This document shows, in pieces, positions 27,590 to 39,566 of a stretch of 64,000 nucleotides of DNA. The notes beneath the pieces were generated by a model. The model had not been told where the DNA came from. It saw only the letters and a list, made by a program, of their open reading frames with translations, and did not search any database. A program made the position numbers and the translations under genes. Origin of the DNA: Candidatus Latescibacterota bacterium (lineage in GTDB: Bacteria; Latescibacterota; UBA2968; GCA-2709665); NCBI GenBank assembly GCA_965208835.1, contig OZ242358.1, positions 1,600,001-1,664,000 of the forward strand. Reading direction: 5' to 3'. The stretch's first letter is position 1. Every line of letters begins with the position of its first letter.

Positions 27590-29746
27590 TCAGTTTCTGC
27601 GTCGCCTGCGTCTGCCGGCTCTACTTCTGTGGTTGCGGCCCCGTCCGGGCTTCGAACCGCCTTCCTGCAACAGAAAATCGAGCCGGCGGAGTCTTCTGTC
27701 CGCCCGGACAAGCTGGACCACCACCGGGTCGCCCAGACGGAACCGTCTTCCGGTGCGTTGTCCGATGAGAGCGCCTTCGTTTTCGCGATATACGTAGTAG
27801 TCGTCTCCAATCGTACTGACCCTGACCAGACCGTCAATCAGACAGTCGTTGAGTTCCGCGAAGAATCCCATGGCCCTGACGCCAACGATAACCGCGTTGA
27901 ATGCATCGCCGACGCGATCCTCCAGAAAGCGGATCTGCTTGACCTTGACGGATGCCCGCTCCGCTTCCTGAGCCACCGTTTCCCGGCCGGTAACGACGTC
28001 GCCGAGCGCCGGAAGTCGTTCCCGGAGCCCGTTTTCTCGTTCTTCGGTCAGACCGCCGGCTTCTTTCAGGAGCCGATGGATCATCAGGTCGGGGTACCGC
28101 CGAATGGGGGAAGTGAAGTGGGTGTACGTGTCGCAGGCGAGACCGAAATGCCCGATGTTTTCAGGCGAATAGACGGCTTTCTTCATGGACTGCAGCAGCC
28201 TGGCGTTCAGCACCTGCCCGGAACGCTTCCCTTCGACTGCAGCCAGGAATTTCTGAATGTCGGCGGGCGTGATCCGGTCCCTCCGCGGAAAGCCGAACCC
28301 GAAGGCGGCGGCTGTGTCTGCGAATTCCGCAAGTTTCCGCGCGTCCGGCCTTTCGTGAATGCGGTACAGACCCGGGAGATTCCGGTCACGAATATGGCGT
28401 GCCACGGTTTCGTTGGCCAGCAGCATGAATTCCTCGATGATCCGGTGACTGTCGAGGCGTTCGCTCTTCCGTATTTCGGCGACGTTGCCCTCGCCGTCCA
28501 CGACGATCCGCGGTTCGGTCAGGTTGAAGTCAATCGCACCGCGCTTCATTCGCCGGCCGGTTATACGTCTTCGCAGATGGTCCATTTCCCGCAAGAGCGC
28601 GCGCTGCGGCGAAGGTTCGGCCGACCCGCTTCCATTTAGGAATTCCTGTGCCTGACGGTACGACAGCCTCGCCCTGCTTCGGACCGTGGACGGGGCGATC
28701 TGAGACTTCAGCGGCCGGCCGTTCCCATCCAGGTCGATCAGTACGCTGACAGCAAGCCGGTCCTTACCGGGCAGCAGGGAACAAAGGTCTCCCGAGAGGC
28801 GTTCCGGCAGCATGGGTATCGCACGATCCGCGAGGTAGATGCTGGTCCCTCGCGTCAGGGCTTCGTGGTCCAGCGGGCCGCCTTCCTTGACGTAATAACC
28901 CACGTCGGCAATGTGTACGCCCAGCCGGTATCCGCCTCCCGGCCTGTCTTCCAGAGAGACCGCGTCGTCGTGGTCCCTGGCGTCTTCCGGATCGATCGTA
29001 ACGCAAAAGAGATGACGAAGGTCCAGCCGGTTAAGGGTTTCGGCCTCTGGAATCCGGTCTGGAAACGCCTGTGCGGCTGCCAGTACATGCGGGGGAAATT
29101 CAACGGGCAGGTCGTACTCTTTCACAATGGAAAGGGTGTCGATGCCCGGGTCGCCGGGTTGGCCCAGAACGTCGACGACCTGGCCTTCAGGATTGGCGTT
29201 CCCGGGGAGCCAGGGTCGGAGGCGGACGACGACCAGTTGGCCGTCCGCGGCGCCTCCGGCATCTTCGGGAGAGATGTAGACATCCCGCGGAAATCGGGGA
29301 TTGTCGGGTTCCACGAAGCCGAAGCGGGTTCCCGCCCGGTAGATCCCGATAATGGATCTGGCGCCGCGTTCGATTACACGGCTGATCTCATTGCCGCCGC
29401 GCCTCCGGGATATCCGGACAACGACTCGGTCGCCGTGCAACGCGCCTCGCAAGCCCCCGGGGCCGACAAAGACGTCCGGGCTTTCACCATCGCGACAGAC
29501 GAAACCGAAACCGTCGGGACTGACGCTGAGTAGACCCGTGGCGAGATTGAGCTTGGCCGGGGGGCCAAAACGGTTGTTGCGCAACTTGACGATGGCGCCT
29601 TCCCGTTCGAGCTGAACGAGCAGCCGTCGAAATCGCCGGTAGTCGTTTTCGGGCACCCTCAATGCCCGGCTCAGTTCGCGAGGTTTGAGCGGGCGCCCCG
29701 ATTCATTTCGAATAAAATCCAGAACCCGGGCGCGGGTTATGGACAT
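27590..29746 (-). CDS. rnr: Ribonuclease R
   Basis: TIDPEDARDHDDA, HFGLA..YTHFTSPIRRYPDL, S1 domain and basic tail. Confidence 0.95.
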   Translation of the reverse strand: MSITRARVLDFIRNESGRPLKPRELSRALRVPENDYRRFRRLLVQLEREGAIVKLRNNRFGPPAKLNLATGLLSVSPDGFGFVCRDGESPDVFVGPGGLRGALHGDRVVVRISRRRGGNEISRVIERGARSIIGIYRAGTRFGFVEPDNPRFPRDVYISPEDAGGAADGQLVVVRLRPWLPGNANPEGQVVDVLGQPGDPGIDTLSIVKEYDLPVEFPPHVLAAAQAFPDRIPEAETLNRLDLRHLFCVTIDPEDARDHDDAVSLEDRPGGGYRLGVHIADVGYYVKEGGPLDHEALTRGTSIYLADRAIPMLPERLSGDLCSLLPGKDRLAVSVLIDLDGNGRPLKSQIAPSTVRSRARLSYRQAQEFLNGSGSAEPSPQRALLREMDHLRRRITGRRMKRGAIDFNLTEPRIVVDGEGNVAEIRKSERLDSHRIIEEFMLLANETVARHIRDRNLPGLYRIHERPDARKLAEFADTAAAFGFGFPRRDRITPADIQKFLAAVEGKRSGQVLNARLLQSMKKAVYSPENIGHFGLACDTYTHFTSPIRRYPDLMIHRLLKEAGGLTEERENGLRERLPALGDVVTGRETVAQEAERASVKVKQIRFLEDRVGDAFNAVIVGVRAMGFFAELNDCLIDGLVRVSTIGDDYYVYRENEGALIGQRTGRRFRLGDPVVVQLVRADRRLRRLDFLLQEGGSKPGRGRNHRSRAGRRRRRRN

Positions 29747-30007
29747 GGCGTCAATCCATCCCGTTCGCGGCAGATGACCAGAGGTCGGCGCCACCGCTAA
29801 ATTCTTGATGTGTGTGGGCTAATTTCTTATTTTTCAGCGGCCGTCCGGGTTCGTACTAAATATATAAGTTGGCAAAGAGAAAATCAAAACTAAATAGGCG
29901 AAGAACGGAGATTTTCATCTTGAAAGAAGGAGGTTCTCGAGCAGATCGACCGTATTCATCGTGTTTCACGCCCTGTACCAGGAAGATTTCACCAAAGGAG
30001 ATTCGTT

Positions 30008-30469
30008 ATGAGACGTCTGGTTCCGTTCGTTCTTCTACCGCTGTTTCTGTTGGTTCTGCACACGTCCGCGTCCGCGCACTGTGAAATACCCTGCGGGATC
30101 TATGGTGACGAAGCCCGGTTCTCGGCCATAGCGGAAAACCTTACGACCATAGAGAAGTCTATGAATCAGATTAACCTGCTTTCGGCCGATGCGGACAAGA
30201 ACATGAACCAGCTCGTACGGTGGGTGAATAACAAGGAATCGCACGCGGATCAGATTCGTGAAATTGTTGCGCAGTATTTCCTTGCACAGCGTATCAAGGC
30301 GCCGGCGAACGAAGATCCGGCCGCCCGCAAGGTGTACTCCGAGAAGCTGGCGTTGCTTCATCAGATGATCGTCTCTGCAATGAAATGCAAGCAGACCACC
30401 GATCCCGCACACGTGAAGAAGTCACGAGATCTGTTGCAGGCGTTCCAGGCCCTGTACAATCGGAAATAG
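30008..30469 (+). CDS. sodN: Nickel superoxide dismutase with Sec-type signal peptide
   Basis: Ni-hook HCEIPCGIY immediately after ...TSASA. Confidence 0.92.
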   Translation: MRRLVPFVLLPLFLLVLHTSASAHCEIPCGIYGDEARFSAIAENLTTIEKSMNQINLLSADADKNMNQLVRWVNNKESHADQIREIVAQYFLAQRIKAPANEDPAARKVYSEKLALLHQMIVSAMKCKQTTDPAHVKKSRDLLQAFQALYNRK

Positions 30470-30509
30470 GCGGTCGCGGCAGGTCTGGTCCTGGAGCCGC
30501 AGGAAAATC

Positions 30510-30544
30510 ACACCGGGTGTCCCACGGAATGCCCGGTGTTTTTT
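30510..30544 (+). terminator. Intrinsic terminator after sodN
   Basis: ACACCGGG...CCCGGTGT followed by a T-run. Confidence 0.7.
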
Positions 30545-30565
30545 CGTGTACCGGCCAGATTTTTC

Positions 30566-30594
30566 TTGCCAAGTATACGACGGTTTGATATATT
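30566..30594 (+). promoter_or_regulatory. sigma70-type promoter of groESL
   Basis: TTGCCA-17-TATATT. Confidence 0.7.
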
Positions 30595-30605
30595 TGTCGG
30601 CCGCG

Positions 30606-30632
30606 TTAGCACTCGACAGAATAGAGTGCTAA
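30606..30632 (+). promoter_or_regulatory. CIRCE element (HrcA operator)
   Basis: Perfect TTAGCACTC-N9-GAGTGCTAA. Confidence 0.97.
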
Positions 30633-30705
30633 CAATTGCAATAAGCACTTAAATTCGATAAATTTAACGCCAATTCCGTCTCAATTTATCAAGGAGGTAA
30701 GAGAC

Positions 30706-31002
30706 ATGGCAGTCAAGGTGAAGCCGCTGGGAGATCGTGTGCTGGTCAGGCCTCAGGAAGAAGAGGAACAGGTGAAAGGTGGCATCATTATTCCGGACAC
30801 GGCGAAAGAAAAGCCTCAGCGTGGTGAAATCGTGGCCGTTGGAGATGGCAAACTGGACGATTCCGGCAACAGGATTGCACCGTCCGTCTCATCCGGCGAC
30901 GTGGTGCTCTACGGCAAATATTCCGGCACCGAGGTAAGGCTGGACGACGAGGATCATCTCATTATGTCCGAGAGCGATATCCTGGCGATTATTGAAGACT
31001 GA
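30706..31002 (+). CDS. groES: Co-chaperonin GroES
   Basis: KPLGDRVLV and [13 protein letters not shown]. Confidence 0.98.
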   Translation: MAVKVKPLGDRVLVRPQEEEEQVKGGIIIPDTAKEKPQRGEIVAVGDGKLDDSGNRIAPSVSSGDVVLYGKYSGTEVRLDDEDHLIMSESDILAIIED

Positions 31003-31016
31003 GACGATTCAACTAA

Positions 31017-32660
<1,644 letters not shown>

Positions 32661-32700
32661 AAAAGCAACGCCTCCGTCAGTTGTGAAGGAGGCCAAAGTA

Positions 32701-32739
32701 AAAAGAAACGCGCCTTTTTTCAAAGGCGCGTTTCTTTTG
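32701..32739. terminator. Bidirectional intrinsic terminator
   Basis: AAAAGAAACGCGCCTTT...AAAGGCGCGTTTCTTTT. Confidence 0.85.
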
Positions 32740-32759
32740 TTTGGGATCATCCAGGTGTG

Positions 32760-32955
32760 TTAACCTTTATTCCGCATAAACCATAACGCGGCACCGCGAC
32801 AAAAATATCCGAAACGGGCCGAAATGGTCGTCAGGGACGTTTTTTCCGTTCACGTCCAGTGACCGGGTTTATCCTGGTAATCCGCAGTTTAATCGCCTTT
32901 ATCAGCTTGTATATATTCGGTTTTACGTCCCCGAAAACATACGAATCATGGTTAA
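32760..32955 (+). mobile_element. Family B TTAA-bounded MITE-like element, full copy
   Basis: TTAACC...GGTTAA ends. Co-linear with 47638-47835. Confidence 0.75.
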
Positions 32956-34130
32956 TCGTCCGCGGCTTCGTGTTGCGTCACGCCGCTGCAGAAGGCGACG
33001 TAGTCGATGAGTTCGGTGATTTCGGGGTTGTCGCCACAGACTGGGCAGCCGGGGTCGCGACGGATTTTAAACGTGCGGAAACTCATGGCCAGCGCATCGT
33101 ACATGAGCAGCCTGCCGATAAGCGGTTCACCCTGGCCGAGAATCAGTTTAACGACTTCGGTCGCCTGGATCAACCCAACGGTTCCCGGAAGCACACCCAG
33201 GACACCCGCGTCGGCGCAAGACGGCACCAGTTCCGCGGGCGGGGGCTCGGGATAGAGACAGCGGTAGCACGGACCTTCCAGATCGCAGGGATAGACGGTT
33301 ACCTGCCCCTCGAAACGGAAGATACTTCCGTCTACGATGGGCTTGCGCGCGAAGACGCAGGCGTCGTTTACCATATAGCGCGTGGGAAAGTTGTCGCATC
33401 CGTTCACCACGATGTCATAGTCCGCGATAATGTCCATCACGTTATCGGAACTCAGGTACTCGACATACGGGACCACCTTGCATCCCGGATTCAGGTCCTG
33501 AAGGGTTTCCCTGGCGGAGATGGCCTTCGGCCTGCCCAGGTCGGATGTGCCGTGCAGGATCTGGCGCTGGAGGTTGGTTACGTCGACGACGTCCGCGTCC
33601 ACGATACCCAGGGTGCCGACACCCGCCGCGGCGAGATAGTAGGCCGCGGGACATCCGAGTCCGCCCGCGCCGACCATCAGGACCCTTGCGTCGAGCAGTC
33701 TTCCCTGGCCTTTTTCGCCCACTTCGGGAACCAGCAGATGCCTGGAGTACCGCTGGACTTCGGCCTTGCTGAGCGCCCTGTCCTGTCGAACCGGGTAACC
33801 CGCTTCCACCCAGGCGTCGTAACCGCCCTCGATGCAGTCGACGTTTTCATATCCCATATTCTGCAGATCTCTCGCCGCCAGCGCACCCTGGTTTTCGTCG
33901 CCGTACACAATGATGGCGGTTGAGCGGTCGTTCGCGACGGTCTCGATGCGCAGTTCGAGGAATCCCCGGGAGAGGTTTTGCGCGCCTTCGATATAACCCT
34001 CGGCGTAGTCCTCCCGTTCACGGACGTCGAGCAGCAGCACGCTGTCCAGCCGCTCCCGCGCTTCTTCCGGCGAAATACCCCGGACCTCGCTTCTGACGCT
34101 TACCATCAGGGTTTCAAATGCCGTGCCCAT
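32952..34130 (-). CDS. moeB: Rhodanese-MoeB/ThiF fusion (MoeZ-like sulfur-carrier adenylyltransferase)
   Basis: N-terminal LLDVRE rhodanese-like domain, RYSRH, GAGGLG, NLQRQ and CYRC/CPVC zinc motifs. Confidence 0.9.
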   Translation of the reverse strand: MGTAFETLMVSVRSEVRGISPEEARERLDSVLLLDVREREDYAEGYIEGAQNLSRGFLELRIETVANDRSTAIIVYGDENQGALAARDLQNMGYENVDCIEGGYDAWVEAGYPVRQDRALSKAEVQRYSRHLLVPEVGEKGQGRLLDARVLMVGAGGLGCPAAYYLAAAGVGTLGIVDADVVDVTNLQRQILHGTSDLGRPKAISARETLQDLNPGCKVVPYVEYLSSDNVMDIIADYDIVVNGCDNFPTRYMVNDACVFARKPIVDGSIFRFEGQVTVYPCDLEGPCYRCLYPEPPPAELVPSCADAGVLGVLPGTVGLIQATEVVKLILGQGEPLIGRLLMYDALAMSFRTFKIRRDPGCPVCGDNPEITELIDYVAFCSGVTQHEAADD

Positions 34131-34255
34131 AATATTCCCCCCGGCGCAAAGTGGTTGGAATCATGTTCTGGTAATGTATCCAATTCAGGGTCGGAACGCA
34201 AAATTAAATGCGGCATGTAAAGGCAGAATAAAAGAAAAAGGAAGAAGGATCAAGA

Positions 34256-34386
34256 GCCGGGAGACGGAAGAGGTAAGAGGGTAGAGATCGCCTGCCTTGT
34301 ATGGTTTCTTCTCAGGCCGGAGGCATAGAAGAGGAACCGATCGGGTAAGGATTTCTTCTACCGGCTCCCGTCTCACGTCTTCCCGG
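34256..34386 (+). repeat. Family A element, copy 4
   Basis: GGGAGAC-GGAAGAG-GTAAGAG-GGTAGAG, then the core, then TTCTACC-GGCTCCC-GTCTCAC-GTCTTCC. Confidence 0.75.
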
Positions 34387-34390
34387 TTTT

Positions 34391-35209
34391 TCACGATATC
34401 GTAATTCTCGGTCCAGGCTGCTCGTGGGCGTCGATCTGATCCATGATCATCCGTGCGATTTCGAGGAACGTCCGGGACTCGCCGGATTCACCTGCCGCAA
34501 TCGGATCGCCGGCGTCGCCGCCCATACGTATGGCCGGCAGAATGGGCAGCTGGCCGAGCATCGGGACGTTGAAGGCCTGGGCGATTCGATCGCCGCCGCC
34601 CGCGCCGAAGATCGCCGCGGATTCGCCGCAGCAGGGACAGGTGAATGCACTCATGTTTTCCACGGCGCCCAGGATGGGGACGTCAACCTTGCGGAACATC
34701 TCAACGCTTCGCGTTACGTCTTCCAGGGCAACGTCCTGCGGCGTGGTGACGATCACCGCGCCACTGAGCGGAACGGTCTGGGCGAGAGTGAGTTGTGCGT
34801 CTCCGGTTCCGGGCGGAAGGTCGACAACGAGGAAATCCAGCGCTCCCCATGCCACGTCCGACATGAACTGCTGAATCATCTTTCCCACGATGGGTCCGCG
34901 CCAGATCACAGGAGTGTCCTCTCCCGCGATGAGTCCGAGAGACATCAGTTTCACGCCGTGGTTTTCCAGCGGTATGATCTTCCCTCCTACTGCCCGGGGT
35001 TGCTCCCCGGCGCCCAGCATCATCGGGACATTCGGTCCGTAGATGTCGGCATCGAGCAGGCCGACGTCCTGCCCCTGGCGGGCCAGGGCGACGGAGAGGT
35101 TCACGCTGACGGTGGTCTTTCCCACGCCTCCCTTGCCGCTGGAAACGGCCACAACATGCTTGACGTCGGGGATGGGGCGAGGTTTTGGCATGCCCGGTGG
35201 CATTTGCAT
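34391..35209 (-). CDS. mrp: Mrp/ApbC (NBP35-family) Fe-S carrier ATPase
   Basis: SGKGGVGKTT, DADIYGP, DLPPGTGD and ENMSAFTCPCC. Confidence 0.93.
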   Translation of the reverse strand: MQMPPGMPKPRPIPDVKHVVAVSSGKGGVGKTTVSVNLSVALARQGQDVGLLDADIYGPNVPMMLGAGEQPRAVGGKIIPLENHGVKLMSLGLIAGEDTPVIWRGPIVGKMIQQFMSDVAWGALDFLVVDLPPGTGDAQLTLAQTVPLSGAVIVTTPQDVALEDVTRSVEMFRKVDVPILGAVENMSAFTCPCCGESAAIFGAGGGDRIAQAFNVPMLGQLPILPAIRMGGDAGDPIAAGESGESRTFLEIARMIMDQIDAHEQPGPRITIS

Positions 35210-35262
35210 GGGTTCGTTCCTCGAAGGTTGTGGATGTCGTTGGATCTGTATGCCGGTGAAAT

Positions 35263-36441
<1,179 letters not shown>

Positions 36442-36450
36442 ATCAAGAGT

Positions 36451-36540
36451 CGGGTAGAAGGAAAAACGTAGAAGGTAGAAGGAAAAAGGAAGAAGAATTG
36501 CGGGTAGACGGTAGAGGTGAGTCGCGGTAGTGGTGGAAGA
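36451..36540 (+). repeat. Purine-rich heptamer array (family A flank without core)
   Basis: AGAAGAATTGCGGGTAGACGGTAGAGGTGAG is nearly identical to 18010-18040. Confidence 0.6.
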
Positions 36541-36553
36541 AACGCCGGTGGCC

Positions 36554-36656
36554 GGGCACCCACAAGGGGTGCCCCTACATAGTCAAATGTCCATGAATTG
36601 AACGCTCTGGGGCTGCGACGAAGTTGCATTTGTAGGGGCGCCCCTTGTGGGCGCCC
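36554..36656. repeat. Inverted pair of GTAG-type REPs (REPIN-like)
   Basis: GGGCACCCACAAGGGGTGCCCCTAC ... GTAGGGGCGCCCCTTGTGGGCGCCC. Confidence 0.8.
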
Positions 36657-36666
36657 GCTCTTGACG

Positions 36667-37599
36667 TCAATCTCCTTCAAAAAGCGCTGTCACGAAGGCT
36701 TCCGGGTCGAAGTCACTCAGATCGTCCTGGCCTTCGCCCATGCCGACCATGCTGACGGGGAGGCCGAGTTCGTCGGCGATGGCGATAACCACCCCACCCC
36801 TGGCAGTGCCATCCAGTTTGGCAAGAACAAGGCCGGTAATTCCGATGTCCGCGTGAAACTGCCGGGCCTGCGCGACGGCGTTCTGTCCCGTGGTCGCGTC
36901 CAGGACCAGTAATGTTTCGTGAGGCGCGTCCGGCAGGCATTTGCCCAGGACGCGGCGGATCTTCTTGAGTTCCTCCATCAGGTTGATACTCGTGTGCAGG
37001 CGTCCAGCGGTGTCTATGATGACGACGTCCATATTCCGGGACCGGGCGGCGGCAACGGCGTCGAAGGCCACCGAAGCGGCGTCCGCGCCGGGCCGGTGCC
37101 GAACGATGTCTGCGCCCGAACGTTGGGACCAGATGGAAAGCTGGTCGATCGCGGCGGCCCTGAAGGTGTCGCAGGCGGCCAGGAGCACCCGCTTGCCCTG
37201 CGCGTCGTACCGGCAGGCCAGCTTGCCGATTGTGGTTGTCTTGCCCGATCCGTTGACGCCGGCGACCAGGATGACGTGAGGTCGGGTGGGGGAAGGCTCG
37301 GAGTCCGGGGGCTGGACGGCGCGGAGAATCTCCAGCAGTTCGTCTTCCAGCCGCGCGCGCACCCAGTCTTCCGTCTGATCGGGCGCCGGTTCCTCCCGCA
37401 GGCGCTCGCGAAGACGGTCGATGATCCGCAGTGTCGCATTGACGCCCACGTCGGCCCGGATCAGGACTTCCTCGATCTCCTCGAGGGCATCCTCATCCAG
37501 TCCGGGGCTGCGCCGCAGGACTTCGCGGATTTTTTCGGACAGCCCCTCCCGGGTCTTTGAGAGACCCTGTTTGAATCTTTCCAGAAAACTTCCAGGCAT
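36667..37599 (-). CDS. ftsY: SRP receptor FtsY
   Basis: GVNGSGKTTT, DTFRAAA, DTAGR and KLDGTARGG. Confidence 0.96.
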   Translation of the reverse strand: MPGSFLERFKQGLSKTREGLSEKIREVLRRSPGLDEDALEEIEEVLIRADVGVNATLRIIDRLRERLREEPAPDQTEDWVRARLEDELLEILRAVQPPDSEPSPTRPHVILVAGVNGSGKTTTIGKLACRYDAQGKRVLLAACDTFRAAAIDQLSIWSQRSGADIVRHRPGADAASVAFDAVAAARSRNMDVVIIDTAGRLHTSINLMEELKKIRRVLGKCLPDAPHETLLVLDATTGQNAVAQARQFHADIGITGLVLAKLDGTARGGVVIAIADELGLPVSMVGMGEGQDDLSDFDPEAFVTALFEGD

Positions 37600-37694
37600 G
37601 CTGCCGGCGGCTCCTCGTGCGGCGCTCGGGGTCGACCCGCGAACGGGCATAATCAGAAAGGGCACGGCGCGCCGTGCCCCAGGGCGGATTCTAC

Positions 37695-37840
37695 CAGCCC
37701 GTTGAATGAGCCCATCCGGGCTACGGCCGGCCCTTGCGGTCGAAATACTGCGTTGCGCTCAATCGCCGAATCGCAGGTTGGGACCAGGTTGCACGCCTTG
37801 TCTTCGGCCTCGCCTGCAGAGCGACTTTATCAACGGCCTG
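37695..37840. mobile_element. MITE-like element (family C)
   Basis: TIR CAGCCCGTTGA / TCAACGGCCTG, flanked by CTAC on both sides. Confidence 0.6.
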
Positions 37841-37859
37841 CTACGGTGGTGGTCTGCCG

Positions 37860-38765
37860 TCAGTAAGACGATTCCCGGAGGAGGTCCAGAATGCGCTCCA
37901 GGTCGTCGTCTGTATAGAACTCGATTTCGATTTTTCCCTTTTTCCCGCGGCGGTTGATATTCACACCTGTGCCGAACCGGCGTTGCAGGTCCTCTTCAAG
38001 CGACACGATCTGGGGGTCTTTGCTCCGGGGCAGAGGTCGGGCGGGCTCACGGCGCCCTTCCCTGTCTGCCTTGACAAGGTTTTCAACCTGCCTGACCGAG
38101 AGGCCGTCCGAGATGATTCTCCTGCAGAGATTCGTCTGCAGCCGGTCGTCTGCCAGACCCAGCAAAGCACGGGCGTGGCCCATGGAGATCTGTTGGTTCT
38201 GCAGGGCGTTTCTGACTTCTTCCGCCAGGTGCAGCAGGCGCAGCGTGTTGGTAACGGTGGACCTGTTCTTGCCGACCTTCTGCGCCACCTCTTCCTGAGT
38301 CAGGAAACAGGTTTCCATCAGAGCCCTGTAGGCCCTGGCTTCTTCAATCGGATTCAGGTCTTCCCGCTGCACGTTTTCGATCAGGGAGATTTCCATCATC
38401 TCCTGATCTGATCCCACGTCAAGAATTATGGCGGGCACAGTCTCAAGCGCCGCCTCTCTCGCGGCGCGGAGGCGGCGCTCGCCCGCGATGAGCTGATATC
38501 CTGCCCCGCGGCGGCGAACAACGACGGGCTGGATGACCCCTTTTTCCCTGATTGAATCCGCCAATTCCCGGACAGCTTCCGGGTCGAACTCCTCCCGGGG
38601 CTGGTGCGTGTTTGGCTGGAGGTCTCCCACCGCAATGTCGAGTATGCGCCCCGCCGGCCGGCTGTCGCCGGTCGCCGTTGAACCCGCGGTCGGTTCCAGC
38701 GCTGAATCGTCCGCGCCGGGAATCAGGGCGCCGAGGCCTCTGCCGAGGGCGTTACGCTTGGCCAT
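37860..38765 (-). CDS. parB: ParB partition protein
   Basis: LGRGLGAL, GVIQP, LIAGERRLRA and ENVQREDL. Confidence 0.95.
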   Translation of the reverse strand: MAKRNALGRGLGALIPGADDSALEPTAGSTATGDSRPAGRILDIAVGDLQPNTHQPREEFDPEAVRELADSIREKGVIQPVVVRRRGAGYQLIAGERRLRAAREAALETVPAIILDVGSDQEMMEISLIENVQREDLNPIEEARAYRALMETCFLTQEEVAQKVGKNRSTVTNTLRLLHLAEEVRNALQNQQISMGHARALLGLADDRLQTNLCRRIISDGLSVRQVENLVKADREGRREPARPLPRSKDPQIVSLEEDLQRRFGTGVNINRRGKKGKIEIEFYTDDDLERILDLLRESSY

Positions 38766-39519
38766 GGTTGATTACCTCCCCAGCAAGGCTCATGTAATTC
38801 CTGGCTCCTGGCGACATAATGTCGTATGAGATGATGGGCTGGCCAAAACTTGGCGCTTCGCCGAGTTTGACGTTTCGACCGATGATGGTGTTGTAAACGC
38901 GATCTCCGAAGTGGTGTCGGGCTTCGTCCACGACCTGCCTGGAGAGATTGAGTCGGGTGTCGAACATTGTGAGCAGTACGCCTTCGATTCTGAGCGGAGG
39001 ATTCAGATGGCGCTGGACCAGCCGCAGCGTATTCAGCAACTTTCCCACACCCTCCAGGGCATAATACTCGCACTGTATCGGAATGAGGACGGAGCCGGCG
39101 GCGGTGAGTGCGTTGAGGGTCAGCAGCCCCAGGGATGGCGGACAATCTATCAGCAGGAATTCGTAGCTTTCGCCTGCGCTCTCCAGCGCAACCCGCAGCC
39201 GGTGTTCACGGGCTCCAAGGTTCACCATCTCGACTTCCGCCCCGGTGAGGCGCACGTGCGAGGGGGCCACGTTCAGATAGGGAATCTCGGTTTCCCGGGT
39301 GATGTCGGAAAGCGGGTGTTCCTGGAGGAGTACCTCGTAGATGCAGGGGTCCTCTCGAGTCACCGATACACCGAAACTGCTGGTAGCGTTCGACTGCGGG
39401 TCGAGGTCTATGAGAAGGGTCTTCTTTTCCGCGGCCGCCAGGCAGGCGGAGAGGTTGACCGCTGTGGTGGTCTTGCCGACGCCGCCTTTCTGGTTGGCAA
39501 TGGCGATGATTCTTGGCAT
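38752..39519 (-). CDS. parA: ParA/Soj ATPase
   Basis: NQKGGVGKTTT, DCPPSLG and QCEYYALEG. Confidence 0.96.
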   Translation of the reverse strand: MPRIIAIANQKGGVGKTTTAVNLSACLAAAEKKTLLIDLDPQSNATSSFGVSVTREDPCIYEVLLQEHPLSDITRETEIPYLNVAPSHVRLTGAEVEMVNLGAREHRLRVALESAGESYEFLLIDCPPSLGLLTLNALTAAGSVLIPIQCEYYALEGVGKLLNTLRLVQRHLNPPLRIEGVLLTMFDTRLNLSRQVVDEARHHFGDRVYNTIIGRNVKLGEAPSFGQPIISYDIMSPGARNYMSLAGEVINHGQA

Positions 39520-39566
39520 ATATGGAAGACCCCGTTCGGCGCCGCGCTGCTGTTTTTCGAACTGGG

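Noticed and set aside
37860-39519. parAB as a marker of a plasmid, prophage or oriC
   Set aside because: Chromosomal Soj/Spo0J type among core genes. No dnaA, rep gene or parS palindrome spotted by eye.
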